Of a stretch of DNA of 64,000 nucleotides, positions 25,561-37,900 are shown one piece after another. A program made the position numbers and the translations under genes. The notes beneath the pieces are model-generated. The model was not told the DNA's origin and did not search any database. It worked only from the letters and a program-made list of their open reading frames with translations. This stretch comes from Takakia lepidozioides (lineage: Eukaryota; Plantae; Bryophyta): assembly GCA_030704615.1 (NCBI GenBank), contig CM060732.1, positions 4,650,001-4,714,000 of the forward strand. The letters run 5' to 3'. Position 1 is the stretch's first letter. Every line of letters begins with the position of its first letter.

Positions 25561-26406
25561 TACTATTTCATGAGCAGAAACCATGAGCCATGAGCCATGA
25601 GCCACATGAGCCGCATGAGTGGTGAGCCGAAGTCTAAGATACGCGGATTTCATGAGCGGACTCCTCCAAATTTGGAAATGCGGCAGATTAAACAAGTATT
25701 AAAATAATAGTTTTTTAATTTGACCTTGCCGTTTTTGGACGTTCCAGATCATGTAATGCGGCGAAGATATGTCGTCAGTAACAAGTCCGCTCATGGTTTT
25801 TTAGATCCGCTCATGGAAATAAGTGACCGTGCAACGGGAAATCCAGTATACCACTGCAAAAAGACGTCGCATACTGGCCTGTATAGAGTATTCCGCGGTT
25901 TTACATGCCTTAACATTGGAATGAAGCTGACCCTTTTGCCGCGATTGAACCAATGGAGTCTGCACCAATAGAGTCTGCAGTACTTCACAATTCTGTCTTT
26001 TTCGGGTATTCGGCGGGAAAGGTTTGCAACTGAACTGGGAAATAAGGTGCCGCATTAGGGTTGGCACGTGCGAAATTTCGGAGCGGTTTGGTGTTGGCGA
26101 AGGCCGCCTCTACCAGTACCTACGACGATACTTGGAAATGCGGCGCCGCATTTCCTTGTCGGAGGTCGAATGAGGAAAGCAAGTTTTCGGAAAGCAGAAA
26201 AACATGAACCCTCCAACATACAAAAATACATGCACGTGGAAACAAGTGAACGATATAGTAATATCTTAGTTCGAGCAAAACAAGTTACTGGTAGGCAAGA
26301 CATATGTCGGACCTTTCTGTGGCCAGAGTCTGAGGTACTGGCAACAGTACAGTTCTACTATCCGAAAAGGATGGGCGTACCATTGTATTGGGACCGCAAG
26401 CCAAGC

Positions 26407-28200
26407 TCACTGGTCCTCTGGATCCATATTCAGAAGAGTGTGAACCTCCTGGGGGCTCAACCCTGGTGCATGTATGAAGTGATGAGTTGTGGAATTACAA
26501 CGGAGTCTCTTTAGGTACACGTAGTACAAATGCTTGCAAGGGCAGTATGATGCCCCCTTGTTCACCATGATCTGGAAGTCGGTGCAATTGCAGGTGGGTA
26601 ATTCTGAAATGGTGATGGTGTACACCTCATTGCGAACAGCTGAGCCTGCCGTGGCCATCTGATACACACGCCCGAATCCTGGTGGGGGCACTTCTGTCGA
26701 GCTCTGGATTGTACAGTTCATCCGAAGTGCATTCCCCATCCTTGTCTCGTTCACTTTTGAGGGAGGTCGCCGCCTCTTTGGTTTCCCCCAACGGTGTGTA
26801 GGATGCTTAGAGCCGTCGTGTCCCATTGTTCTTGCTCTCACAGGGGTTGGTGGTGGAGGCTGTGGAAGCGGAAATGGTTGTCTGGGGACGTCAGTGCGTT
26901 GCACCATCCGAAATCCTGCGGCGGTAAGGGCGTTGGCCTCAACCTGACTCAGATCGCAACCTGGTTCCACCGGCCACACCGGGGGAGCCTCTGGCATTGT
27001 TTGTATGCCGTACTTGGGCTTTCCATACACGCAAGTCATAATGTCGTGCCTGCAGAACCAAAACTGGGTGGTTGTCGCCTCCGCAAACTTTGCATGGACA
27101 AATCTTCCTGTAAAAGTAGGAGTAGGGACAGCCCCATCTGGATTCCTCCTTATCATCTCTAAACAACGTTGCCGTGTATCCACACGAATTGCGGAACACC
27201 TTCCTCGAAACGACGGCTTTGTGCGAGCAATTCTCCACTGTGATGCAGACACAGTCGTCTCCACAATGCCTTGGCCATACTGCATAACAGCGGGCGGAAT
27301 CTGGGGCAAGGGAGCGGTGGGAATTTCTCGCACGAAATCCCCGGTTGAAGGCGACGGCGATCTGGAATTTCTTGGGCTTCCACTGCTGGAAGACACATTG
27401 TGCGGCAACATGACGGGACCTCGAGGTGCTATCCGAATGTTCCTGTCGGATCTTCAGGAATCCTCTTCGCACCCGGGTTCCTCTTCAATCCTCCGCCTCA
27501 CAGGGCGAGTCCGGACGTCCCCCTCTAGGTGTTCACCTCTGCGGTGCAGAGGCGTCCCTTTGATCTTCTCTCGCAATGCTGTCGCCCATTTCAGTGGATT
27601 CTTGGACCTCGAAGCTGTTCGTACCAACAATTCCTCCCTTTCCGGCCCAAAGCCCCATTGTTTGCCGCTCAGGAACTTGTAGTACGTGGCTTGCTGCATG
27701 ATTGCTCTGTCGATGTCCTCCGTTGTGGCCGTCACTACGTCCACCAGATGTGCGGCAAAAGACGCTCGCCAGGAGGAGTGGACCGATTCTGCCATATTCG
27801 TGTTCAGCATGTCCGTGTCGGAATCCAAGCACCGCTCCTAGAAGGACACAAACAATGGTGAGGGACCAATCGAAATGTCCGTAACAGAAAGACAAATGAA
27901 CGAAAATGACAGCAGCCTACCTCCCGCATGTACTGTCCGAACTGTCGATACCGAAAATGCCACCACCCCAACCAGCTGTGCAATGCTCCCAGATTGGTTG
28001 TCTCCACTGCACCTGACGTGTTCCACCAAGCCTCGATGATAGCAAACTTAACCTCCGCGTCATCAAATGTGGGTGCATCCTTCCACGCCGTACAAAGGAC
28101 ACGGTGTTCAGCCTGGAATGAGCTAGCAACAAATTTGGTAGTGTAGTGGGATAGACTCTGCATCCAATGGAATCCACAGAATCTCTCTTTCCCCTCCATG
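26407..28200 (-). pseudogene. 3' half of MULE-type transposase with SWIM finger (copy C)
   Basis: CGFH, NTNMAESVHSSW, CNCTDF...CPCKHL; intron 27838-27920; TGA at 27454; 5' half replaced by insertions. Confidence 0.88.
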
Positions 28201-28299
28201 GCTCGGGAAATGCCAGTGGGTGGTGCTTCAAAGCAAAGTGCAGCTAGTACATTGTTGGGGGCGGCTACGGCTGTTTGCCAAGCTCCATTGTTTTCTACA

Positions 28300-29606
28300 A
28301 TGACCATTGCAATGCCAGGGGATTCGGCCAGCTGCTGTGTTCAGACTAGCAGCTAGACTCTGTGAGCGTGGTGATGCCTCGACACTATCTGCGGAGATAG
28401 CAGATAAGGTCTATGGATGCTTTGGATTCGAGGGTGAAGTCAGCCACAACTGCGCCATGGCAAGCGGCAGCTGCAAGGTTACAGGAGTTGCCAGCTAGAC
28501 CAGCCATTGAGTGCATCATGGTGACTCCTGGAGTAGTCATGGTGGACAATCAGGATAGAGTGTTTCAGTTTGGTGGCCCAACCGGAGGAGGTATAGGCCA
28601 CTGCGGGTCTTGTTGGACTCGGGAGCACAGCCATTGATGTTGGGGAGAGCAACAATTGCAAGCTTGGGCCTTACAGAGGCGGATTTGGAGCCTTGCCCTT
28701 TCCAAATTCAAACATTTTTGGGTGGTTCAGAAAAGGCGCGAGGGATTACACGCCATGAGTTCTTCATTCGATTTCAGCCAGATCATCCTACGGACGGCTC
28801 AGTCATGAGAGCTAAAGCCATTGTTACGGACGCGATGTCCTATGATGTGCTTGTTGGTGGGGCTGTGTTGTACCCCATGGGATTTACTTTGGACTTTTGG
28901 GAGGAAACGACATCCTACAGGCCGGAGTGGCAGTCAGGAGATGGCCGACGTGCACTTCTCCCAGTGCGGTTTATTGGGAATGTAGCGGTGGATCATAGGA
29001 ACATGATGCCCACATTGGCTGCATTCTCATGGGTGGTGGCTTGGGGTGGTGAGCTCTTGGAAGGCAATAGCCATGCAGATGATAGGCCACCATCTGATGA
29101 GGACGAGCAACTGGCATACAAGGCTGAGTTGCTTCCTCATGTGCCTGTGCATATTCCACTGTGGGGTACATACGGTTGGGAATTTGCAGCGAGTAGCAGA
29201 CGAGAGTGTGCACCAAGCATGGCAGGAGGCCTTTCCATTGATGAGTGAGGGGAGTTCAGTGACATCACCTGGACCTCCTCAGTTAGCTCCTTTGGACACA
29301 GTGCCCATTACCTGGCAACCACCTGACTAAGGGATTTGTTTGCTAGACCTGTTTGGAGGCATGAGCACTGGGCTTGCAGAAGTATTGCAAGCTGGGATTA
29401 AAGTACAAAAGTACTTGTATGTGGAGAAGGATGAGATAGCTCGGCGTATTTCTATGCGCCACGTTGCCTTGCTCACACACCAGTATCCTAAGTTGCTGCA
29501 TTTCTCAACAATTCAAGGGTACCAAAAGGCCTTGCCAGCAGACATTACCTTGTTGGGGGTAGATGATTTGGGCCGACATGGTGCAATTGACTTGGTGATA
29601 GCTGGA
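28300..29606 (+). pseudogene. Retroelement polyprotein fragment: aspartic protease followed by N-terminal half of a C5-cytosine DNA methyltransferase
   Basis: VLLDSGAQ...YDVLVG (retropepsin); then LLDLFGG (motif I), YVEKD (II), DI (III), IDLVIAG (start of IV) at 29340-29606; truncated before the catalytic PC. Confidence 0.8.
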
Positions 29607-30867
29607 TTTTGCCACCTCTACCCCACAAAGCAACGGTCCCACCCAGAGTCACAGTCGCCCTGAACCCAGAAATTGCTAGAATCTGCTCACATATTTAGAC
29701 CTTCCCTCAACTATCTCTAAAGGACCTCTCGCAGCAGTTACCAGTGGCGGACCCCAAGGCAACCTGCATCACCCCGCTCATCTTCAAAAGGAAGCCCTCA
29801 ACTTTGCTATTGGCAATAGCTAAGGAGGGAGTAGGGATGGAATCTCTATGGATCACCACAATTGATGTTCACAATTTCATGGCCTCGTACCTTGTTGACA
29901 GTTCTCCTATCAGCACACTCATCTACAAGATCCAAAGCTTTTTGGGATCCTACTCAGCAAGGTATTCCCTTCAGCCCAATACTACTATCACGTGGGGATC
30001 GTACATCGAGCAGTATCCTGGACTGAGCCTGACACTCAGTCCCTGCACTCAAATTCTGGCGCTTATGGACGAAACTGATCTGCTTAGGGGAAAACAACCG
30101 GGTCAAGGCCTTTGGATTAGTCCACCCCCATATGACCAACCATCAACCAACAACAAAGTTGTCATCAGATCCAGGGAATTCATCCAAGCAGCATTCACGC
30201 TCCTCTACGCAAGACTGGAGACTGAGGGAGATGCAGAGAACGAGTAGATGGAACTCCAACGCGCATTGGAGCCCATCCGCCCCATCTACAATCCCTGCAA
30301 CACCTCTCCTCTTTCCATTTCCTCTGAGTCAAATCCGAATTCGCCAGCAGAACCACGACAGATGCAGCAGCCGCCCCCGGATGTAAGCCCTCTCAGTTCG
30401 AGGACTTCCTCCGCCAGCCAGATCCGGTCCTGCCCTCACCAACTCCGATCCCAATCCAGATTCTTGACCACCATGTAAGTCTCTACCCGAATCCTCTTCC
30501 TTTACTCTTCATCTAGGCGCCACAACTCCTGCAGAATTCTGTGTGTCAAATCTGTCCTCTTCTCTAAAGGTAAAATTCTACCTTCCATCTCTAGCCCCAG
30601 GAATGTCGGGGTCTTCTCTATGAGCCTAGCCCCCCCCCCCCCCCCCACCCCCCTCTCCTGAAACTCATTCTCCTCTCAGACTTCTTTATGGAGCTATCTG
30701 CTAGGCCAAAACTTGTGTACACTACCTTAATCCCTTCCACTAGCCTATCCAACCCCTCCCACATCCAGGCATGAGCCCACTTCTCCCCTCCACCCTCATA
30801 ATGATCATTCAACTCAATCAACCTGTTTCCAAAGCCCCGCTAAACCACAAATGGATAACCTCTCCCC

Positions 30868-33124
30868 TGTTGGAATTCGACAGAGAATAGAGGTAAAAGA
30901 TGAACTGATTACCGAGAACTCTCCACCCAACCATAGAACCACAACAAGCTGTGTGTCCACCCTCCGAGCTCTCCCTATTTATACTCAAAGTCTAATCCAG
31001 AAATAGCTGAGATAACTATAGCATAACTCCATGCTTTTACTTAAGTTATCTCCACCTGCTATTCTGGTACAATGACTTGAGTCACTAATAACTGAAGCTA
31101 ACTTTAGCTATCTTTTAGTTAACCGAGGCTTATCTCTTTTGTTAACTGTGACTTGTCAGAACTCCTATTATGGAAGCCTGACTTGTCATCACACTAACTC
31201 TAGGTAGTAGTAACTTGGTTAGGAGTTGATTTCCAACACCCCCACTCAACGAGTTACCAAGTTAAGCACTTAACTACTCCCATCAAGCCTCGAAAGCATT
31301 CAAGCTTTTCAGCACTAAGCCCTTTTGTCAGTATGTCTGCAACCATGTTGTTGGTGTTGCAATATACAAGCTTGACAACTCCAGCTTCAGTCTTCTCTCG
31401 TACCAAATGATGATGAATCTCAATATGCTTTGTGCGAGCATGAAACATTGGATTCTTTGAGAGAGCAATACACCCTTGGATGTCATCATATATGACCATG
31501 GTATCCCTCTGTGGATGACCAATACTAGATAGAAATGATGATAACAATAATGCTTGCCTTATAGCCTGAGATGCAGCCATATATTTTGCCTCAGTCGAGG
31601 ACATAGCAATTGTAGATTGCTTCTTGCTGCTCCAGCTTACAGCTCCATTTGCTAGCATAAAAACATAGCCAGATGTAGAGTGGCGGTCATCAATATTACC
31701 AACCCAATCTGCGTATAGCTCTATGCTTTTGCAAGCACTATCTGAGATACCATATGAACCCACTTGATCCAACTGAACATTATCATTGTTCTTTCTCAAG
31801 CACAAACCATAGTCCAGTGTGCCTCTCAGATAACGGAAAATCCGCTTTACTGCAACCCAATGGAGTTGCCCAGGGTTAGCCACATATTGGCTTACAACCC
31901 CCACTGCTTGTACAATATCTAGCCTAGTACAGACCATTGCATACATGAGACTTTCTACAGCACTCTGATAGGGAATATCTCTCATTGTCTCCAAGTCTGC
32001 AGCACTCTTAGGACTCATCTCCTTTGAGAGTTTGCGATTTGGGACAAACGGGGTATTTACCGGCATACTTTCAGCCATACCAAAGCGCCTTAAGATATCT
32101 TCAAGATACTTATGCTGGTTCAGGTAAATCGCTCGGTCTTGTCGAACACGAGTTACCGATACCCCCAAGCAGTACTGGATCTCTTTCAGATCCACCATCT
32201 CAAACCTCTTTGAGATATCACTTTGTCTTTTCAACAAAGACTGATCATTAACACATGATCACAGGATCTCTTTCAGATCCACCATCTCAAACCTCTTTGA
32301 GATATCACTTTGTCTTTTCAACAAAGACTGATCATTAACACATGATCACAGGATCTCTTTCAGATCCACCATCTCAAACCTCTTTGAGATATCACTTTGT
32401 CTTTTCAACAAAGACTGATCATTAACACATGATCACAGGATCTCTTTCAGATCCACCATCTCAAACCTCTTTGAGATATCACTTTGTCTTTTCAACAAAG
32501 ACTGATCATTAACACATGATCACATGATCTCTTTCAGATCCACCATCTCAAACCTCTTTGAGATATCACTTTGTCTTTGTTTCAACAAAGTCAATTTGTG
32601 ATGATCACACAACCACTATCTCAATCTCATTTGAGATATTGACACTCTGTATGTGTTTCAACAAAGTAAAGTCATTAGAGAGCAAGATCAGATCATCAAC
32701 ATACAATGTTATGATCACAGAAGAGTTTCCATGAGCCCTCTTATAGTAAACATTGTAATCAGCAGAGCTCTTCTCAAACTCTTCAGCCATGAAATATGCA
32801 TCAATCTTAGCATTCCATGCCCTAGGGGATTGCTTCAAACCATACAAGGACTTGAGGAGCTTACAAACCATCATCTCCTTCCCTTTTACAGCAAATCCCT
32901 CCGGCTGGTCCATGTATATTTCTTCCATAAGATCTCCATTGAGAAAGGTTGTACATACATCCATCTGATGTACCTCAAGATTTTCAACAGTAGCAAACGC
33001 TAGAATCACTTGAATTGACTCCATCCGTGCAACAGGGGAGAAGGTTTCATTGTAATCAATACCTTCAACTTGCAAAAACCCCTTTCCAACCAAGCGCGCT
33101 CTGTACCTTGCTACAGAACCATCT
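30868..33124 (-). mobile_element. Ty1/Copia 3' part: RT, RNase H, PPT and 371-bp 3' LTR (30868-31238)
   Basis: QMDV.TTFLNG, LYGLKQSPRAW, YVDD, SWSSKKQ, HARTKHIEI, ADILTKGL; LTR TGTTGGAA...TTCCAACA; PPT GAGTGGGGG. Confidence 0.95.
32177..32590. repeat. Five near-identical 87-bp tandem copies inside the Copia RT
   Basis: Unit starts at 32177, 32264, 32351, 32438, 32525. Confidence 0.95.
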
Positions 33125-34500
33125 TGTCGCGCACCTCACTTCGGTAAGCTCCCCCCTCAAGTCATAGTTACTCGCTTGATGCGCGCGCCTAACTCCCAAC
33201 CTTGCCCCCGGGCCAACTTGGAGCTCCGGCTGCTCACCGGGGCATAACGGTCCCCCTTTGATCTCCCAAAGAACCCTCCAACGATTTGGAACCAGCGGAA
33301 TTCCCTTCGGTAGTTGACAGTCCGGAACAGCTCCCCACTCTTTGGTCGCTTTCCGGCTCGCTCGCTTACTCACTAATTTTTGGTCACCAACGGGCTTGCA
33401 CCGTTCTCGGGGTTACTACTCCCTATATATACTTCTGTAGCTGTCCGCGGGGGTTTCACAAACAACCATGCCATTTTATGGCGAACCACCACGAACACCC
33501 TCGACTCCCGGTGATGAGTCGCGGTGAGTCTTGGCCCACCCACCACGGCCCCTATGGACCGTGATGAGTCCCAAGACTCCCCACAACTCCCACCACGAGG
33601 TCTCCGCCCCAGGGTGAGTCCTATGCCACCCCCACTAAGTCCCGCTAAGCTACCACCACCCCTTGTGGAGCCACCCCCACCGCAACCCGGTGTGCGGGGC
33701 TCCACCTAGTGAGCGCCTCCGCCTCCTTGAGTGCCTTGGGCACTCAAGGGTGCTTCAGCCCCCCATACCTATCGCTGCCATTGCCCCCACCACAAGGGCA
33801 GCCCCTCTTGTGTCCCGACCCCCTGCCCTCAAGGCAAAGGGCCGCGACACACACCCCTACCAACAGGGAGTCGATGTCCTCATCGGCTTGTCCATTTTGT
33901 GGAAACGAACATCCAAGTTGTGGCGTCCCACATCAAGGAGTTTGTTTCTGTACCATGGCGTCCCATGGCAAAGAACCAAACCCCACACTTGACTCTACTC
34001 TCCACTAGCTAGTTCGGCCGACTTCCTCCAAGTCCCGGGCAAGGGTGGAGCCTCTCAAGCTCATCCCAGTGCACTCTTCTTGGCCTACTTCAATGCCAAG
34101 GAACGATCCTCCCCGAGGATCGAATCGCCTTACTGCAACAACATTGCTTGCGACCGCTCATGATGCCGCTTTTGGCATCACCTTGAGCAAGGGTTCTCCT
34201 CGAACCCTCTTTGACTAGGAAGATAACCTTGAACCAACCGCGCGCCCCAATCACTACAATTGGGTCCACCTTGGAATGCTGGCCTGAGGTACGGGAACAC
34301 GCCGAAGCCGCACTACGACTTCGTCCCGAGGCTACACGATTATAGTACGTGAACGGAAGCACGTAGCTTCCGCGTTAGCCCGCACTACAAAGCAACCCCC
34401 TCGGTAGCGCAGTTATAGTATGCGCACGCTCCAGGTGCGCACTAGCACGTGAACTCTTAAAGAAGGCGCAAGTTTTCTTGCCCCTTGGATGGGAGTCACC
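33125..34500 (-). mobile_element. Gypsy-like 3' LTR (33125-33849) plus adjacent internal sequence, inserted in the Copia RT
   Basis: Reverse complement of LTR 13423-14149; purine-rich tract next to the LTR at 33850-33862; internal boundary approximate. Confidence 0.85.
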
Positions 34501-34595
34501 CGATTTCGGCACTGCGCAAACACACGATTAACCCAATTTTATGTGAAAATTGGGCACATAGGGCCACTCTGGCAGGTTGAATCCACCCCTTATTA

Positions 34596-34880
34596 GAAGC
34601 TCAAACAGTGTGCGGCAACGCACACTGTTTTGAGCCCCCTCTCTGCTTGGTTTTTGATGTGAAATTGGGACAAACAAGGCCAGTATGCATGCTCAATACA
34701 TCCATAGTTTGAAGCACGAACAGTGTACGGCAACACACACTGTTTGTGCCCCCTTCTTGGCCCCCTCTCTGCCTTTGTTTTTGTGTGGTAATGTGCCACA
34801 TAGGGCCAAATGTCATGTTCAAAACACCCCTATTTGGAAGCTGAAACAGTGTGCGGCAACGCACACTGTTTTCGGCCCCC
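34596..34880. repeat. Three ~120-bp units each with hairpin AAACAGTGTGCG-GCAA-CGCACACTGTTT
   Basis: Stems at 34603-34630, 34719-34745 (degenerate), 34844-34871. Confidence 0.85.
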
Positions 34881-34993
34881 ACACTGCTTGTTTTCTGATG
34901 AGAGATTGGGCCACACAGTGCCTGTCTGCCATGCTCAAAACACCATCTTTTCTTGCCTCTCTCTTATATCAATTTGAATGAACAACCCTGTAG

Positions 34994-37900
34994 GAGAAGA
35001 TGCAAAGGGTGGCGGATGAGAACCCTTCTGGGTAGGGGAAGGAGATCATTGTGGATGTGGACGATGAGTTCTATGAAAGCAAAGCCGCCGAGATGCTGGG
35101 GGGTCAGAAGGTAAACCCTCAACTTTCTTTTTCTCTAGTCATCCCCGCTAGATGGAAATGCGGCGCCGCATTTCCAACAATAGAGGGTAGAGGGGGGGGG
35201 GGGGGCAGCAAAGTATGCTTGCCCTGGGTGGGAGGTTGAAGATTCCTATGTGTAGGTTGGTTTCCATGCCCGTCGTTCATCCACCCCTCATCAAGGACAT
35301 CCTGAAGCTGGAGGCCGAGTTTGTTCATGGGTATTTGGATGGATCCGCAGTCTTTTACGTTTCTACTAGGGATTCTAGAGGCAATGAGCTCCTTGTGGTG
35401 AGTCAATCGTGGACTCCTGGGTTCCCATTTGGAGACAGGTGAATGAATCCTTTGAACTACTTCTCTCTAGGAAACCTTCGACCCAGGCATTCTCGGGGAA
35501 GATGTTTCACGTATGGGATGGCAACCACCGGTTGCTTGCATGGATGGCTGTCATTGGGAGGCTGCACTCACAGGAGGAAGAATGACATTACTCTGTTTGA
35601 TCGATGGTGCTGGATTGTGACGGGAATATGATGGGTCTTCTGATGGCAATGAATGATGTGAACAGGTTGGTTTCTCATTCTACATGTTCCAGTTGTGGTT
35701 TCATGGTTCTTTTGTTCCAGTCCTCTATTGACGGTTCTTGAATTTCATTCTCACTTTCACACATCATTCTGCAGAGGGACGGAGACATCGCATGTCAAAA
35801 CGAGTCTGGTTTATACACTGTACAAGATACAAAGGATCGGGCAGATGCCCTTGACCAACTTCAAGACCATCCTTTCAGCAGAGACGTACAAGAAGTGCGA
35901 AAGCTCGAAGACATCAGAAATGTGGTACTCGTTGACCCGTGAGGCTTTCATGGAGTATATGTACGCGGTGAGATACATCTTCCATCATCTGGCCTTTTGA
36001 TATTCCTGCTTCCACATGTTTGTTTCTGTTGTTTCCCTTGCCCTTGGGTTGATGCAACTCTCGTGCATTCCCTTGCAGCAAGACATTGCAGATGCAGGAG
36101 AGCGTGGCAAACTGGAATACTACAGCTCTACCCCTGAGGAGAGAAGGACAGCAAAGGGGGTTGAGAGTCACATCCAGAAAGAGATGACGGCCACAAGAAG
36201 GACTATTATGAGTGCTTTTGTTAAGCAGTTGAGAATTGTCGACCCATCATTCGGACCGCAGTTTCTTCAAGAGGTGAAAAACCATTACAACAAGCCAGGC
36301 AAGCCGGAGATGGCCCAGGAGAAGTTACACAGGTTGTCTACCGCCATTGTGTCTTCAGAACAGAAGGTGAAGTGGCTACAGATATGGAACTCCAATCCCA
36401 CTGTTAGGGATACCCACATGTTCCCTAGGCCGGAGAAAGAGAAGAAGACCCAGCGTGTCATTCCTGTCAGTGACAATGTGCTGGACACATGGCTTCACAA
36501 GGCCACTTACTGGAGCCAGGTATGATGTCATTTACTGTGTCACTTTCTTTTCGCTTTTTCTGTCATTCTCTTTCCATGTTACATTGGTTGTGATTGTTTT
36601 TGGGTTCATTCTTGCATTCAAATTGTTTTGCAGTTGGAGGAAAGGGCCCGGTCGGTTCTACATACACAGCTGGCTGACTATGGGATCACCATGACAACAC
36701 CGAAGGTCTCCTTCCAAGCATACATGAGGAAATGGAGAGCCACAGTGTGGCAATCTTGTTTCTTCAGAGAGTTCAGCAAGGAGGGTGGCATCAGTCGAAC
36801 AAATGAGCTTGACCAGCAGGAGAAATGAGAGGAAGCCTGGAAACGATGCCTTTACAGGTGCGAAATGGGTTGTGCTTCTTTGTTTTGCAAATCCTCCATC
36901 CAACCTGTTTTGGGCTGGCTCATATGAGTTTGCAGTGCCGCACACTCATTTGTTCTATCCGTGTGTAGTAACACCAAGTGTACACCCTGGGCCCTTCAGG
37001 CTATTTTGTGTGCGGTGGTTGCAGTGTACTGTGCCGCATACTCTTTTAAGGGGTCTTCGTGATGTGGTGGAAAAGCTGGGAGACAATAATTGCATTGCAT
37101 AATGAGGCTGTCTCTATTCCGGCAGGTACATAAAGTATGTTCTCATGGCAGAGAACTGCTTGGACAAACATCCTGATTTCGTGGACCTTTGGCTTGTCCC
37201 TACTGGCAACCAGACCATGTTTACTACAGGGATCTTGCATGACTGGGGCCCAGACCATCTTTCGGCTTGTGGTTGGTATTTGGATTGCCCTGCTTCTGAG
37301 ACCCCAGCTCAGGAGGTGTCTTTGAGGAGAGAGAATGAGCGTATAGCAGCCACTGCCGCAGCAGCCGACCTCGACATTCATGATAGAAATTTAAGGACTC
37401 TTGCAGAGAAGGAGCCTCCCGCTCAGGATACCCCGGGTAGAGGTAGAAAGGCAAAGGGAAAGGATGTTGCTGGTGGTGTGGGGAAAGGAAGGGGTAGGGG
37501 GAAGGGGGCACAAGGGCAGGTAGGTGGGCAGGGAAGTGTTTCAGATATTGGCCCTGTGGTGGATGTCCTGCAGACTCCACCGCATGGTAGGGGATCCGGG
37601 AGAAAGAACAAGGGGGTGGTTGATCCCAAGGACCCGTACCATGCAATGGAGCATCCCACGAGGGTCATTCGCCCTACCAGGTTGGAGATGGCCAACGTCG
37701 GGTTCCTTGCCATGATGGAGTCCAAGAAATCTGATTACAAGGGCGAGCCATCACCAGTGTGGGAGAGGATTGTGGAGTTCCTCGGCACGGTGCGTGTTGT
37801 CTTTTGCTTCTTGTCTATTGTGGGCATGGATTGTTTCAATCCTCTTGAGCATTCCATTGCATGCTTGTTTGCAGGCTAAAATGACCAAATCCTGGGTGAA

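Noticed and set aside
29607-30860. ORFs 29744-30247 and 30248-30478 as genes
   Set aside because: No recognisable domain; probably TE debris
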